This document shows, one piece after another, positions 30,617-41,200 of a stretch of DNA of 64,000 nucleotides. Positions within the stretch are counted from its first letter, which is position 1. Each line of letters starts with the position of its first letter. Below the pieces are notes generated by a model. That model was not told where the DNA came from. It ran no database searches and saw only the letters and a list, made by a program, of their open reading frames with translations. A program made the translations under genes and the position numbers. Source of the stretch: Coxiellaceae bacterium UBA6002 (GTDB lineage: Bacteria > Pseudomonadota > Gammaproteobacteria > UBA6002); contig DJAM01000020.1 of the NCBI GenBank assembly GCA_002429595.1, forward strand, positions 39,035 through 103,034, given 5' to 3'.

Positions 30617-31654
30617 CTAGTATTCTTGCTCAATAATTGTATTTGGTGGCTCAAGTTGAGGAGTTTTATCCGGAGCTGCGGGTTTTGCACTGGTAGATTC
30701 GAAGGCAGGAGGCCTTGGAGTGGGAGTTAAGTTCTGATTCACTGCCTGATTTGTCACAGTTGGATTCTGTGCTAATTTAGTAAAACCTTCGTCAAGTATA
30801 AGCATCGATTTCTGGTCTCGACTCTTGATGCTGCTCCCGCCTAATACGACGGCAATTAGACGGCGACCATCACGAGTTGCTGAGGATATTAAATTAAACC
30901 CAGAAGGGACGGTGTAGCCAGTCTTAATACCATCACAGCCCTCATATTTGCCAAGTAGATGGTTGTGGTTCTTAAACACAATGCCTTTATAGGTAAATTC
31001 TCGTAACGAAAAATAATGATAGTAATGAGGAAAAGTTTGGAGCATCGCAGCGCCTAATTGCGCCATATCGACTGCTGTTGTTAATTGTTGACTATTCGCG
31101 ATGCCAGATGCATTTTTGAACGTGGTATTAACCATACCTAGTTTTTGAGCTTGGTCAGTCATGAGTACCGCGAATTGATCCTCCGACCCACCTCCCAGCG
31201 CTTCTCCAAGTACGGAAGCCGCGTCATTGGCTGACTTGGTGACCAAACCACAGATTGCCTCTTCAACTGTAATGGTTTGACCCGCCTTAAGACCGAGTTT
31301 GCTGGGTTGTCGGTTAGCCGCATGAAGGCTAATCGGTAAAGGCTGATTGAGTTTTAACTTGCCACTGTCTAGCGCCTGAAACACCAAGTAAAGTGTCATC
31401 ACTTTGGTTAATGATGCGGGTTGATCGACATTGGTTGGATTTTCACTAGAGAGAATCGTGCGAGAGGGAAATTCCATCACCAAGCTCGAATAATGGGGTG
31501 TGGCTAAGATAGCGATTGGCGAATGACGGGCGACATGACGCTTATGTTTTGCTTTGGCTTTCGCCTTTCCTTGAGCGGTACAAGAAAACAAGATCACTAT
31601 TAGATAAATGATGAGGGTGCGAAACATCAATTTCCATTCCATGAATAGATCCAT
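30617..31654 (-). CDS. D-alanyl-D-alanine carboxypeptidase (peptidase S11)
   Basis: PASLTKVMT (SxxK), SANDAA (SxN), GIKTGYT (KTG). Confidence 0.9.
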   Translation of the reverse strand: MDLFMEWKLMFRTLIIYLIVILFSCTAQGKAKAKAKHKRHVARHSPIAILATPHYSSLVMEFPSRTILSSENPTNVDQPASLTKVMTLYLVFQALDSGKLKLNQPLPISLHAANRQPSKLGLKAGQTITVEEAICGLVTKSANDAASVLGEALGGGSEDQFAVLMTDQAQKLGMVNTTFKNASGIANSQQLTTAVDMAQLGAAMLQTFPHYYHYFSLREFTYKGIVFKNHNHLLGKYEGCDGIKTGYTVPSGFNLISSATRDGRRLIAVVLGGSSIKSRDQKSMLILDEGFTKLAQNPTVTNQAVNQNLTPTPRPPAFESTSAKPAAPDKTPQLEPPNTIIEQEY

Positions 31655-31755
31655 TTAGTCATCGTTAATAATTAAAAGTAGCCCATTTCGAACAATTTGT
31701 TAGGATAATAATCAATAACCGGTAGAGATTGCCACTGAAAAACGAGGAAGTTACC

Positions 31756-32523
31756 ATGTTGACGTATTTGCAACGTGCTAAATATTGCCAAAATCCCACC
31801 GCACTCAAGCTTTTCCAGCTCATGCTCGAGAAGGAATCCAATTTATGCGTATCTTTAGACGTCACCTCAAGTGCCAAATTGTTAGAGTTGGCTGCTTTGC
31901 TAGGGCCGCAGATTTCTATCCTAAAAACACATATTGATATACTTGAAGACTTCAGCGCTGATTTTATTGCAGAGCTCATGGCTTTAGCAAAAAAACATCA
32001 ATTCCTGATCTTTGAAGATCGAAAATTTGCTGACATTGGTAATACCGTCAAATTACAGTATGAAAAGGGTATTTACCGGATCGCCCAATGGGCAGCGATT
32101 ACTAATGCTCATCCTATCCCTGGCCCTGGCATTATCAAGGGTCTAAAAGAAGTCGGTTTACCGCTAGGCAATGGTTTGTTGTTGCTGGCGCAAATGAGTA
32201 GTCAAGGTAGTCTTGCAACGGGTGCCTATACGGAACGTACCATACAAATGGCATTGGAGCATCAGGACTTTGTCATCGGCTTTATTACTCAAACTAAACT
32301 GACTGATAAGCCGCACTTTATTAACCTTACTCCGGGTGTGCAAATTGAAAGCCAACATGACGCCTTAGGACAACAATATGTTACCCCGGAGAAAGCTATT
32401 ATTGAAAATGAGACCGATGTCATTATTGTGGGCAGAGGCATTTATCAGGCCAGCGATCCATTGCAAGCAGCTAAGGTTTATCGGGAACGTGGTTGGCAAG
32501 CTTATCAAGATAAATGCAAATAA
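31756..32523 (+). CDS. pyrF: Orotidine-5'-phosphate decarboxylase (URA3/UMPS-like)
   Basis: LKTHIDI, FEDRKFADIGNTV, LLLAQMSS.G, LGQQY.TP, IIVGRGI; GAGGAA RBS before ATG 31756. Confidence 0.93.
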   Translation: MLTYLQRAKYCQNPTALKLFQLMLEKESNLCVSLDVTSSAKLLELAALLGPQISILKTHIDILEDFSADFIAELMALAKKHQFLIFEDRKFADIGNTVKLQYEKGIYRIAQWAAITNAHPIPGPGIIKGLKEVGLPLGNGLLLLAQMSSQGSLATGAYTERTIQMALEHQDFVIGFITQTKLTDKPHFINLTPGVQIESQHDALGQQYVTPEKAIIENETDVIIVGRGIYQASDPLQAAKVYRERGWQAYQDKCK

Positions 32524-32655
32524 TCTTAAAATTCCGAAGATCTCTACTATACTAAACAAGGACTTCGAATTCGTCCCGATCCTCTCTTGAAAGAGGAAAA
32601 TACCGTAAAATTAAGCTATAAAATAAGTACGAGTCTAAGCAAAGGAGACAGTACC

Positions 32656-33189
32656 ATGGCACAAGTTGAAGACATCGTCGTAGCGGCAAGTGTAGACAAT
32701 GAGCTAAGTTCCAAAGACTTTGCCGATATTAAAAAATTGAAAAATGCTGGACATCATATTTACTTATCCTATTACCTTCCTAAGGTACCGGCAGAATACA
32801 CCCAACTACCTGATATCCCACCTCGTCTTGCAAGATGGCACACCGAGGGGCATAAGATCCTACAAGAATTGGGCAACAAGCTTGAAATACCGAAGGAAGA
32901 TCAATTTTTCACCGATGAAATACTAGGTCCAGATGAAGTATTTGAAACAGCGAGAAATTTAAAGGCTCACGTGATTTTAACGAATAATCCTAAAGAGCTA
33001 AAACAACGATTTCTATCACGGGTATTAGATAAATTGTTGGGTTATAAAGAAGTTGCCGTCAAACGGGTAGCAACTTACGTGAAAAAACACATCCCACAGG
33101 AAACCGTTTATGGCTTTAAGAAAAAAGAAACGTTTGATAAAGCCGCCAACGTACGCAGCGAAGAAAGAAGACAATATCGAACTAAATAA
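32656..33189 (+). CDS. Hypothetical protein, possibly a degenerate universal stress protein
   Basis: AAGGAG RBS; IYLSYYLP...LQELGNKLEIP...A..LKAHVIL pattern resembles a USP fold. Confidence 0.55.
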   Translation: MAQVEDIVVAASVDNELSSKDFADIKKLKNAGHHIYLSYYLPKVPAEYTQLPDIPPRLARWHTEGHKILQELGNKLEIPKEDQFFTDEILGPDEVFETARNLKAHVILTNNPKELKQRFLSRVLDKLLGYKEVAVKRVATYVKKHIPQETVYGFKKKETFDKAANVRSEERRQYRTK

Positions 33190-33197
33190 TGTAACAT

Positions 33198-33230
33198 AAA
33201 ACCCTCAATGGATAATTGAGGGTTTTTTTT
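33198..33230 (+). terminator. Rho-independent terminator
   Basis: AAAACCCTCAAT-N5-ATTGAGGGTTTT followed by a T run. Confidence 0.85.
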
Positions 33231-33249
33231 AACTTAAAAAAAGAGTGAT

Positions 33250-34188
33250 ATGGAATTCAAAGATTACTATTCAATCATGGGCTTAAAGCCGGAAGCCACG
33301 GCAGATGAAATCAAACGAGCCTATCGGAAGTTAGCACGTAAGTATCATCCCGATGTTAGCCAAGAAGCCAATGCCGAAGCAAAATTTAAAGAACTCGGTG
33401 AAGCCTACGAAGTCTTGAAGGATCCAGAAAAACGTCGTGCTTATGACTCCTTGCGTACGAAAGGTTGGCAGCGCGGCGAACAATTCACACCACCACCTAA
33501 TTGGAATCAAGACGAATTTTCATTTGGCAGCTCAGGTGGTGATTTCAGTGATTTTTTTGAAACACTTTTTGGAGCTCGTGCGAGTGGTTTTGGAGGTGGA
33601 CGTAGACATCACGCACCCGCGCGAGGTGAAGATATTTACTTTATTGTTGATATCGATGTACGTGATGCCTTTAATGGCGCGGAAAGAACCTTAGAGATTC
33701 CAGTATCTGAAGTAAACGAAGGTCAAATCCGACAACGAACTAAAACAATCAAGGTCAAAATTCCTAAAGGTGTCGCAGAAGGTCAACAAATTCGTTTGAA
33801 AGGCCAGGGGAGTCCCGGCTATCAACATGGCCCTGCGGGAGACTTATACCTAGAAGTTCGGATTAAGGCGTCAGATCCTTATCATGTCTCGGGAAAGGAT
33901 ATCACGGTCTACTTACCAGTGAGTCCCTGGGAAGTGGCTTTAGGTGCTAAGGTAAAAGCTCCAACGCTTGGGGGTCTCATTGAAGTGAAAATACCCCCCA
34001 ATTCACAAACGGGAACGAAATTACGTCTGAAAGGCAAGGGCTTACCTTGTAAAGGCGAAGCTGGGGATGAGTACATTATTCTACAAGTGATGACGCCGCC
34101 CGCGACCAGTGAGGTGGCGAAGGACTTGTATCAGCAAATGTCTGAAAAAATTCCATTTAATCCAAGAGAAAAATTGGGGATCTATTGA
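33250..34188 (+). CDS. cbpA: Curved DNA-binding protein CbpA (DnaJ class II)
   Basis: J domain with HPD, G/F-rich region, no Zn finger, PWEVALGA; followed by cbpM. Confidence 0.9.
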   Translation: MEFKDYYSIMGLKPEATADEIKRAYRKLARKYHPDVSQEANAEAKFKELGEAYEVLKDPEKRRAYDSLRTKGWQRGEQFTPPPNWNQDEFSFGSSGGDFSDFFETLFGARASGFGGGRRHHAPARGEDIYFIVDIDVRDAFNGAERTLEIPVSEVNEGQIRQRTKTIKVKIPKGVAEGQQIRLKGQGSPGYQHGPAGDLYLEVRIKASDPYHVSGKDITVYLPVSPWEVALGAKVKAPTLGGLIEVKIPPNSQTGTKLRLKGKGLPCKGEAGDEYIILQVMTPPATSEVAKDLYQQMSEKIPFNPREKLGIY

Positions 34189-34517
34189 TGGAAAAAAAAA
34201 TAGTGTCAATATTATTGGATGAAAGTCAGCTGTTGACGTTAGAAGAATTTTGTCGACTTGCTAGTGCCGATCAAGATAGCGTATTTGAAATGATTGAATT
34301 TGGTATCTTAGAACCGACGCAAGGTAAGAATAAAGAGAGTTGGCAATTTACTTACATTCAACTTCAGCGTTATCAGCAAGCACTACGCTTACACGATGAT
34401 CTACATATTAATCTGTCTGGCGTGGCGTTGAGCTTAGATCTTTTGGATCAATTACGCAGCTTACGAGCAAAAATTAAAGCACTCGAACACCAACTAAAAC
34501 TATCTGGTCAGAGTTAA
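34188..34517 (+). CDS. cbpM: Chaperone modulator CbpM
   Basis: LTLEEFC, MIEFGILEP, RLHDDLHINLSGVAL.LDLLD. Confidence 0.88.
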   Translation: MEKKIVSILLDESQLLTLEEFCRLASADQDSVFEMIEFGILEPTQGKNKESWQFTYIQLQRYQQALRLHDDLHINLSGVALSLDLLDQLRSLRAKIKALEHQLKLSGQS

Positions 34518-34987
34518 TGAGCAAATTTAAATTTTTTTTACATCACGTTTTTGGTTTTTTTCGTTACGGCTACTTTCGCTTACTTGGAAGAAGTACCTTG
34601 GATGTGCGCGCGATTGTGGTGACCGAAGATCAAAAAGTTTTATTAGTCAAACATACTTATCTTCCAGGTTGGTTTTTGCCAGGTGGCTTAGTGGAACGGG
34701 GCGAATCATTGCTGGCAGCAGTGCGAAGGGAACTCTTCGAGGAAACAGGGATTCGTTCTATCACAACGCCAACACTCTTTAGTGTTTATTTGGGAAATAT
34801 GAGGGGTGTTGCCAATTATCCTGCCGTTTTTATCGTGAATCAGTATCAATTAAATCCACAAAATAGTCCAGAAATTGCAGAGATGGCATGGTTCACTATC
34901 GCAGACTTACCTCATGATACGAGTCCAGCTACGAGAAGAAGGCTGATGGAATATTTTCAACAACACCCTATTGCGGAGTGTTGGTAA
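34517..34987 (+). CDS. NUDIX hydrolase
   Basis: WFLPGGLVERGES..AVRRELFEETG Nudix box. Confidence 0.9.
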   Translation: MSKFKFFLHHVFGFFRYGYFRLLGRSTLDVRAIVVTEDQKVLLVKHTYLPGWFLPGGLVERGESLLAAVRRELFEETGIRSITTPTLFSVYLGNMRGVANYPAVFIVNQYQLNPQNSPEIAEMAWFTIADLPHDTSPATRRRLMEYFQQHPIAECW

Positions 34988-35016
34988 ATAAAATTTGTTT
35001 TTAAATAGCGCGTTGC

Positions 35017-35316
35017 TTAAAGTTTGGTCTTGAATGCTGGACCGTCCAAGGCAAGTAATTCGAGTGTCCTTTGAAATTGTTCACTTTGTTGTAATAGGGG
35101 ACGTAATTGTAAAATGTGTTGAGCTGTAAGACGTTGCTGATGACTTAAATCGGTTAGGGTTTTGACGTGACTTTTCCATTCTTGAACATTGGATAGTAAA
35201 AACAATAATTTTTCTTCCAATGTGGTAATGGTGGTTTCGAATTGATGAATTTGTTGGGTCAATTTTTTTTTATTCGCTCGATTCAACGACCAGGAATGAT
35301 TTAGCCAGCTCGTCAT
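35017..35316 (-). CDS. Hypothetical coiled-coil protein
   Basis: GGAGGTG RBS before ATG 35316; heptad-like Leu/Gln-rich sequence. Confidence 0.65.
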   Translation of the reverse strand: MTSWLNHSWSLNRANKKKLTQQIHQFETTITTLEEKLLFLLSNVQEWKSHVKTLTDLSHQQRLTAQHILQLRPLLQQSEQFQRTLELLALDGPAFKTKL

Positions 35317-35396
35317 TTTTATCACCTCCAAGATTCTTTTTAAGTATAAGTTAATTTTTTTAAATTTTGGGTTGTTTTGAAAAAAAAGGAAATTTT

Positions 35397-35948
35397 ATGA
35401 CAATTAAAAATTCATTCATGGAATATGGTTCAATTGAGAAAGTGTTACATTGGTTAATTGCATTATGCGTGATTGCACTTTTGGGTCTTGGCTTTACGAT
35501 GGGGACTTTCAAAGATGAGCCATTCAACCATGAACTATTTATGATTCATAAATCGATTGGCTTAACGGTACTTGCCTTAACACTGATTGCGATAATTTGG
35601 CGTGCCTTCAATGTGAAGCCATCCTTAGAGCAGTTGCCTCTTTGGGAACGACGATCAGCTTACCTAACGCACTTGAGTTTGGTGGTGTTATTAATTCTTA
35701 TGCCCTTAAGTGGCTGGATTATGTCGGTTGCAGCCGGACATCCCCCCACCTATTTTGATTTATTTACTCTTTCATTGCCTATTAGCAAAAATAAATGGCT
35801 AGCGGATAATGGACAACTTGTTCATGAGACACTTGCGCTTTTTGTCTTATTTTTTGTGATCTTACATATCCTTGGTGCATTCAAACATTTGATGGAAGGT
35901 GATCAAATTATGCAGCGAATGTTGCCAAGACTCAAAAAACGACTGTGA
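35397..35948 (+). CDS. Cytochrome b561 (CybB/YceJ family)
   Basis: LHWLIA, HKSIG, MPLSGW, HILGAFKH, RMLP. Confidence 0.9.
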   Translation: MTIKNSFMEYGSIEKVLHWLIALCVIALLGLGFTMGTFKDEPFNHELFMIHKSIGLTVLALTLIAIIWRAFNVKPSLEQLPLWERRSAYLTHLSLVVLLILMPLSGWIMSVAAGHPPTYFDLFTLSLPISKNKWLADNGQLVHETLALFVLFFVILHILGAFKHLMEGDQIMQRMLPRLKKRL

Positions 35949-36059
35949 AGAAAGTCGATTTATCAAATTTTTTTCTTGGAGGATTGCTAGCTTATAGCGT
36001 ATGATTTTCACTAGATATTTATCAAAAATATCGAAATTACATTTAGGAGTTTAGGAAAT

Positions 36060-36458
36060 ATGAAAAAATTAGCACTGTTGGTATTCGTTTTCTTAAGTTT
36101 ATTTACGGTAAGCTCATTTGCCGATATGCAATCAAAAGCAAGTGGTTCAGCAGCATCCGTTAATGATACGGTGACCATTCATTTCTTTTATTCTACAGAT
36201 TGTCCTCACTGTGTTGCTGCCCACCCGTTTATTAATAAATTGAAAGCAGAATATCCTTGGTTACGTGTGAAAGAATATGAAGTCTCTGGCAGTCCACGTA
36301 ATGGTAAACTCTTCGAAAAAATGTCAAGAGCTCATGGCAAAGAGCCAAGCTTTTTCCCAACTTTCTTTATTGGCGATAAAGCAATTATCGGTTACACGAG
36401 TGCAGATACCACCGGTGCGCAAATTCGCGACGCTGTTAACGCTGCTCATAATCAATAA
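36060..36458 (+). CDS. Exported thioredoxin/glutaredoxin-fold protein
   Basis: Signal peptide, CPHC, FPTFFIG. Confidence 0.8.
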   Translation: MKKLALLVFVFLSLFTVSSFADMQSKASGSAASVNDTVTIHFFYSTDCPHCVAAHPFINKLKAEYPWLRVKEYEVSGSPRNGKLFEKMSRAHGKEPSFFPTFFIGDKAIIGYTSADTTGAQIRDAVNAAHNQ

Positions 36459-36468
36459 TTCTTTATTA

Positions 36469-36502
36469 AAAAAGAGTAGAGCTGTTTGCTCTACTCTTTT
36501 TA
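36469..36502 (+). terminator. Rho-independent terminator
   Basis: AAAAAGAGTAGAGC...GCTCTACTCTTTTT. Confidence 0.8.
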
Positions 36503-36594
36503 CTTTTCCCTGCCATCCACGTCAAAAAATAAGTACGGTATGTTATAATTTTCATAGCTCCTTCGCATCATGATAGTTAAGGAAGTAATAACCT

Positions 36595-36867
36595 ATGAGA
36601 GTTAAACAGGCACTTCTTGACCCAACGAGTATATTTAAAGACCCGCAAGATGTTTTATTGAGCCAAGAATTAACGCGTGATCAGAAAATTCAGATTTTAA
36701 GACGGTGGTCTTATGAGATTCGAGAGCTGCAAGTTGCTGAAGAGGAAAACATGCAGGGCAAAACCGTTGTGGATCTACAATCAGTTCTGAACGCCTTACG
36801 CACTTTAGGGGCTGTTGTGAATCTTGAACACGAACCCCCCACGAAGCAAGGTGGGCAGGAAGAATAA
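36595..36867 (+). CDS. Small hypothetical protein
   Basis: AAGGAAG RBS; DP..F..PQDVL, KIQILRRW, VAEEENM, PTKQGG. Confidence 0.75.
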   Translation: MRVKQALLDPTSIFKDPQDVLLSQELTRDQKIQILRRWSYEIRELQVAEEENMQGKTVVDLQSVLNALRTLGAVVNLEHEPPTKQGGQEE

Positions 36868-36877
36868 AACTAAAGTT

Positions 36878-37318
36878 ATGTCTATAGTTGGGAATCAACA
36901 TTGTCTTTTCTGTGACATCGTGCAGCATCGATTGCCGGCCACGATTATTTATGAGAACAAAGACATCTGCATCTTCTTAGATAAACGACCACTTTTTCCC
37001 GGGCATTTACTCTTAGTGCCTACTGAACATTACGAGACCTTATTAGATTTACCAAAAGAGAGTCTGCCGACTTATTTTTCAGCCTTACAAGATCTAACGT
37101 TAGTCGTCAAAGATGCACTGTCAGCACAAGGCGTTTTTGTCGCCATGAACAATGTCGTCAGCCAAAGTGTTCCTCATCTTCATACTCATGTCGTACCACG
37201 AAATAAAGGCGACGGTTTAAAAGGTTTTTTTTGGCCACGACAAAAATATCGGGAAGGTCACCAAGAGGAAGTGGCGCAGAAGTTGCGCGCTTGTTGGCAG
37301 AAGCTACAGAGTGACTAA
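36878..37318 (+). CDS. HIT family protein
   Basis: CLFCDI, GHLLLVP, QSVPHLHTHVVPR histidine triad. Confidence 0.9.
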   Translation: MSIVGNQHCLFCDIVQHRLPATIIYENKDICIFLDKRPLFPGHLLLVPTEHYETLLDLPKESLPTYFSALQDLTLVVKDALSAQGVFVAMNNVVSQSVPHLHTHVVPRNKGDGLKGFFWPRQKYREGHQEEVAQKLRACWQKLQSD

Positions 37319-37343
37319 AGTGTTTTATATATAAGGATGTTTG

Positions 37344-37982
37344 ATGAGTAACCGTTACACAGTGCCGTTGAGTGAGGATACAGAACCTGGTTCAAACGAT
37401 GAGGTCTTAAAAAACTATCTGCATATTACTTCTAAAGAACAAATAGAAGCGTTAGAAGAACAAGAATTAAATCGAACATTTTCGGAGATCATTCAGATTT
37501 ATGATGAAGATCGTAAATTCACTGTTCTCGACATTTGTAAGATGCATGAACTATGGTTGGGTGATATTTACCCTTCTGCTGGGAAATATAGATCGGTCAT
37601 GATGAGCAAGAATGGCTTTCCATTTGCCTTTCCCAGTCGGATTCCGGTTCTTATGGAAAAGTTCGAACAAGAATTGTTAGCTAGATACACGCCTTGTCAT
37701 AATACCGACATCGATGAATTAGCTTTTATTCTTGGTCTGGTGCATGTCGAATTTATTTTGATACATCCGTTTCGTGAAGGTAACGGTAGAATTGGTCGTT
37801 TACTCATAAGTTTAATGGTGATTCAAGCAGGAAGACCGCCGATTAATTTTAGTTATATTGATCAAACAATCCATCCAAAGGGTTATAGCGAATATATCAA
37901 AGCAGTGCAAATTGGCCATGCGAGCTCTAATTACGAGCCAATGAAAAAAATTTTTAAAATTTTATTGGAAGATTCAACTTAA
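37344..37982 (+). CDS. Fic/DOC family AMPylase
   Basis: Canonical HPFREGNGRIGR; EPGSNDEVLKN, AGKYR. Confidence 0.92.
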   Translation: MSNRYTVPLSEDTEPGSNDEVLKNYLHITSKEQIEALEEQELNRTFSEIIQIYDEDRKFTVLDICKMHELWLGDIYPSAGKYRSVMMSKNGFPFAFPSRIPVLMEKFEQELLARYTPCHNTDIDELAFILGLVHVEFILIHPFREGNGRIGRLLISLMVIQAGRPPINFSYIDQTIHPKGYSEYIKAVQIGHASSNYEPMKKIFKILLEDST

Positions 37983-38155
37983 TGGGCTTGTTTGTAAATT
38001 CTTTTTTCTCTTCTTTTACTTATTTTGAAGGAGCATTCATTCTGCTCTATTCCTTCAACCCCGCAAGAAGTTCTGACAGAACGGGCTATAAGCTTATGTC
38101 TTAGCACAGGATTTTTAAGATACGGATTGGTGTCTGCAAGCGATTTCTTTTTCAT
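37979..38155 (-). CDS. 58-aa putative Fic antitoxin (SxxxEG motif), absent from the ORF track
   Basis: MKKKSLADTNPYLKNPVLRHKLIARSVRTSCGVEGIEQNE...KQAH; stop overlaps the fic stop (TTAA 37979-37982). Confidence 0.65.
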   Translation of the reverse strand: MKKKSLADTNPYLKNPVLRHKLIARSVRTSCGVEGIEQNECSFKISKRREKRIYKQAH

Positions 38156-38256
38156 AATGAAATTATAACATTTTCAATAGCGTAAGTAAATTTAGTAGCA
38201 GTTCACAGCAGGTAGATGATTAGAAATGTGTATATTAAGCTTCGGTATTCGAGAAA

Positions 38257-41200
38257 CTACACCTCCGCTTCCAATTCCTCAGGTAAAAGCTCATTAACTA
38301 CCGCTTTTTTTCGTGATTCAAATAGTTTTTTACAACGTATTTTTAATCGCTCAATACATGAATAAGCTGCAGGCACGACGACGAGTGTCAGAAGGGTTGA
38401 GCTTATCAGACCGCCGATTACCGCGATACCCATACTGGTACGTTGTTTTGACGCCTCATTCAACCCTATCGCAATGGGTAGCATGCCCGCAATGAGTGCG
38501 ATCGTGGTCATTAAGATTGGACGTAAGCGGGTCACGCAGGCTTTGATAATTGCTTCTTCGCGCGCGATGCCGCGGGCCATTAATTGTTTGGTGTAGTCCA
38601 CTAACAAAATTGAGTTTTTGGTGGCAATACCAAAGAGTAAAATGCAGCCGATCATTGAAAAAATATCGAGTGAGTGACGGGTGATCAGTAAGCCAAAAAA
38701 AGCACCACATGCAGCCAGTGGTAACACTAACATGATGGTGAGAGGTGTGATGAAAGATTCATACAAACTGGCTAAGACCAAATAGATAAATAAGATTCCT
38801 AATACCACCGCTATGACCATGTTTTGCATTAGTTCAGAAAAGTCTTCTGCTTGGCCCACAAAACTATAAGTCACACCAGGTGGTAGTTTAATTTCGTTTT
38901 TGAAATAAGTGTTAATCTCATTCATTAAGCCACCGATCCCAGGACCTTTCGGTGCAATATCTGCTGCAATTTGAATGTAACGTTGACGATCTTTACGATA
39001 AATGGTGGTGGGTGCAAAGCCTTGGACGGGTGTTGCGACTTCCGACAATTTAATGAGTGACTTATTCATGTTTGGTACTAATGTGTCACTAAAATAGTGT
39101 TGCAAATCACGCTGTTCTTCTTTTAGACGAACTCGTATATCGTATTCCTGACCGTTTTCTCGAAAAACGGCTGGAATGGTGCCTTCAATTTGTGTGCGCA
39201 GTTCCTCACCCATGGTTGTGCTGGAAACACCTAACATTTTCATTTTAGCAAGATCCGGCACGATGGTCATTTCAGGCTTGCCCGGTTTATAACTAAGCTC
39301 TGGATCAAGTAAGCCTTTATTCATCTTAATTTTATTAAACACCTGAGTACTTACTTTAATCAGTTCACGCAAATCGCCACCGACCAGGAGTAAATTAAAA
39401 GGACGTTCTCCGCCACCAACCATGTCGAAATCTTTAACAAATACTTTAATTTCTTTATATTGTTTTAACTCTTTTCGAATCTTATCTTTAAACTCGGTTG
39501 TAGTCAGCTTTCGCTCTTTACTCGGAATCATATTAATAAAAAATCGAGCGCGATTTGGTTCACCTCCTGCACCTACGATCGCAACCGCGGTGGCGACTTC
39601 ATGATTGGCGCGAATGGTTTTATCAACCTTTTCAGTCACGGCTTGCATCGCTGCCAAATTTGCACCGGGTGGCAGCTCTAATGAAATGACAAACTCGCCA
39701 TTGTCCTGTCCAGGAAGGAAGGTTTTAGGCACATATTTGGCAGCGAAAACACTGATGGCAAAAATGAGCAAAGCACTGAGTAAAGTAGAAAGGGGGAAGC
39801 GCAGTACTAGTTTCAAAATCTTGTCATATAGAATTTCTAAATTATTTTGAAAGCGATTAAACGCAGCAACGACAGGATTAAGTTTGTGGCTGCTTCTTGC
39901 AAGTCCAATATAAGCTGAAAGCATGGGCGCGATTGTTAAGGCATCGAACAAACTAATGATCATTGCAAAACACACTGTCAAACCAAACTCTTTAAAAAAA
40001 CTTCCCACCACGCCATGTAAAAAACCAATGGGTCCAAAGACAGCAATGACAGTGAGTGAAGTTGCAATGACTGCTAAAAAAACTTCCTTAGTGCCACTTA
40101 ATGCAGCCTCGATTGCATTCTTCCCTTTTTCGGTGTGTCGAAAAATATTTTCTCGAACGACGATAGCATCATCGACCAATAAACCGACTGCTAAGCTAAG
40201 TGCTAGCAATGACATCGTATTGATTGAAAAACCAGCTAAGTGCATAAGAAAGAAAGCACCGATTAATGAGGTCGGCAGCGATAAGCCCGTTATAAAAGTT
40301 GATTTGACACTACCTAAAAATAGATAAACGACAATAATGGTTAACAAAATACCAATAAGAATGGATTCAACAACATCATTGACATTGTTTGCGATCATGG
40401 TAGATCCGTCTCTAACTACACTGATTTCAACCGCTGGTTTTTGATTTTTTAATGTCGTTTGGATTTGAGCAATTTTCTTTTTTACAAGATTAGCAACCTC
40501 GATCGTGTTTGTTCCAGATTGACGGTAGACCATTAATATCAGAGAAGGTTGTCCGTTGACATACGTTTTGGTAAGAATGTCTGCGCTGCCATCGGTTATA
40601 TTCGCAATCGAATCGATAGTGATTGGCACTTCGTTACCAAAAAAATTAAGAGTTGTGGCGCCAATATCTTTGATAGATGAAAACTCACCCACTGATCGAA
40701 ATACTTTTTCTTTTTCGCCTTGATCAACTTTACCAATGGGAACATTTTGACCTGCTTGAGCAATCTTGAGTGCGACATCCGAAGCGCTTAGTCCTCTTTG
40801 GGCAAGTTTCTCGCGGTCTAAATCGACATGGATTTGTCGACCGCTGCTGCCGTGTGCTTCTATCAGCCCTACTTGGTTAATTTGTTGCAATTGTGGTTTG
40901 ATGACTTTATCGGCGAGTTCAAATAATTTGGTACGCGGTAGCGTACTTTTCAGCGCTAAGATTAAAATAGGTTGATCGGAAGGATCGACTCTACGTATTT
41001 CAGGTTCTTTAATGTCTTTGGGAAGTTTGCCTTTAACCGAATTAATTTTGTCACGAATCTGTTGTTCTGCATATTTCACGTCAGTGTCATTAGTAAATTC
41101 GGCAATAATTTGACTTCTTCCCTCAGTGTTTTCAGAACATAAACGTTTAATACCAGGGACGTTGTTGATTTCATCCTCCATCACTTTTGATACGAGTGAT

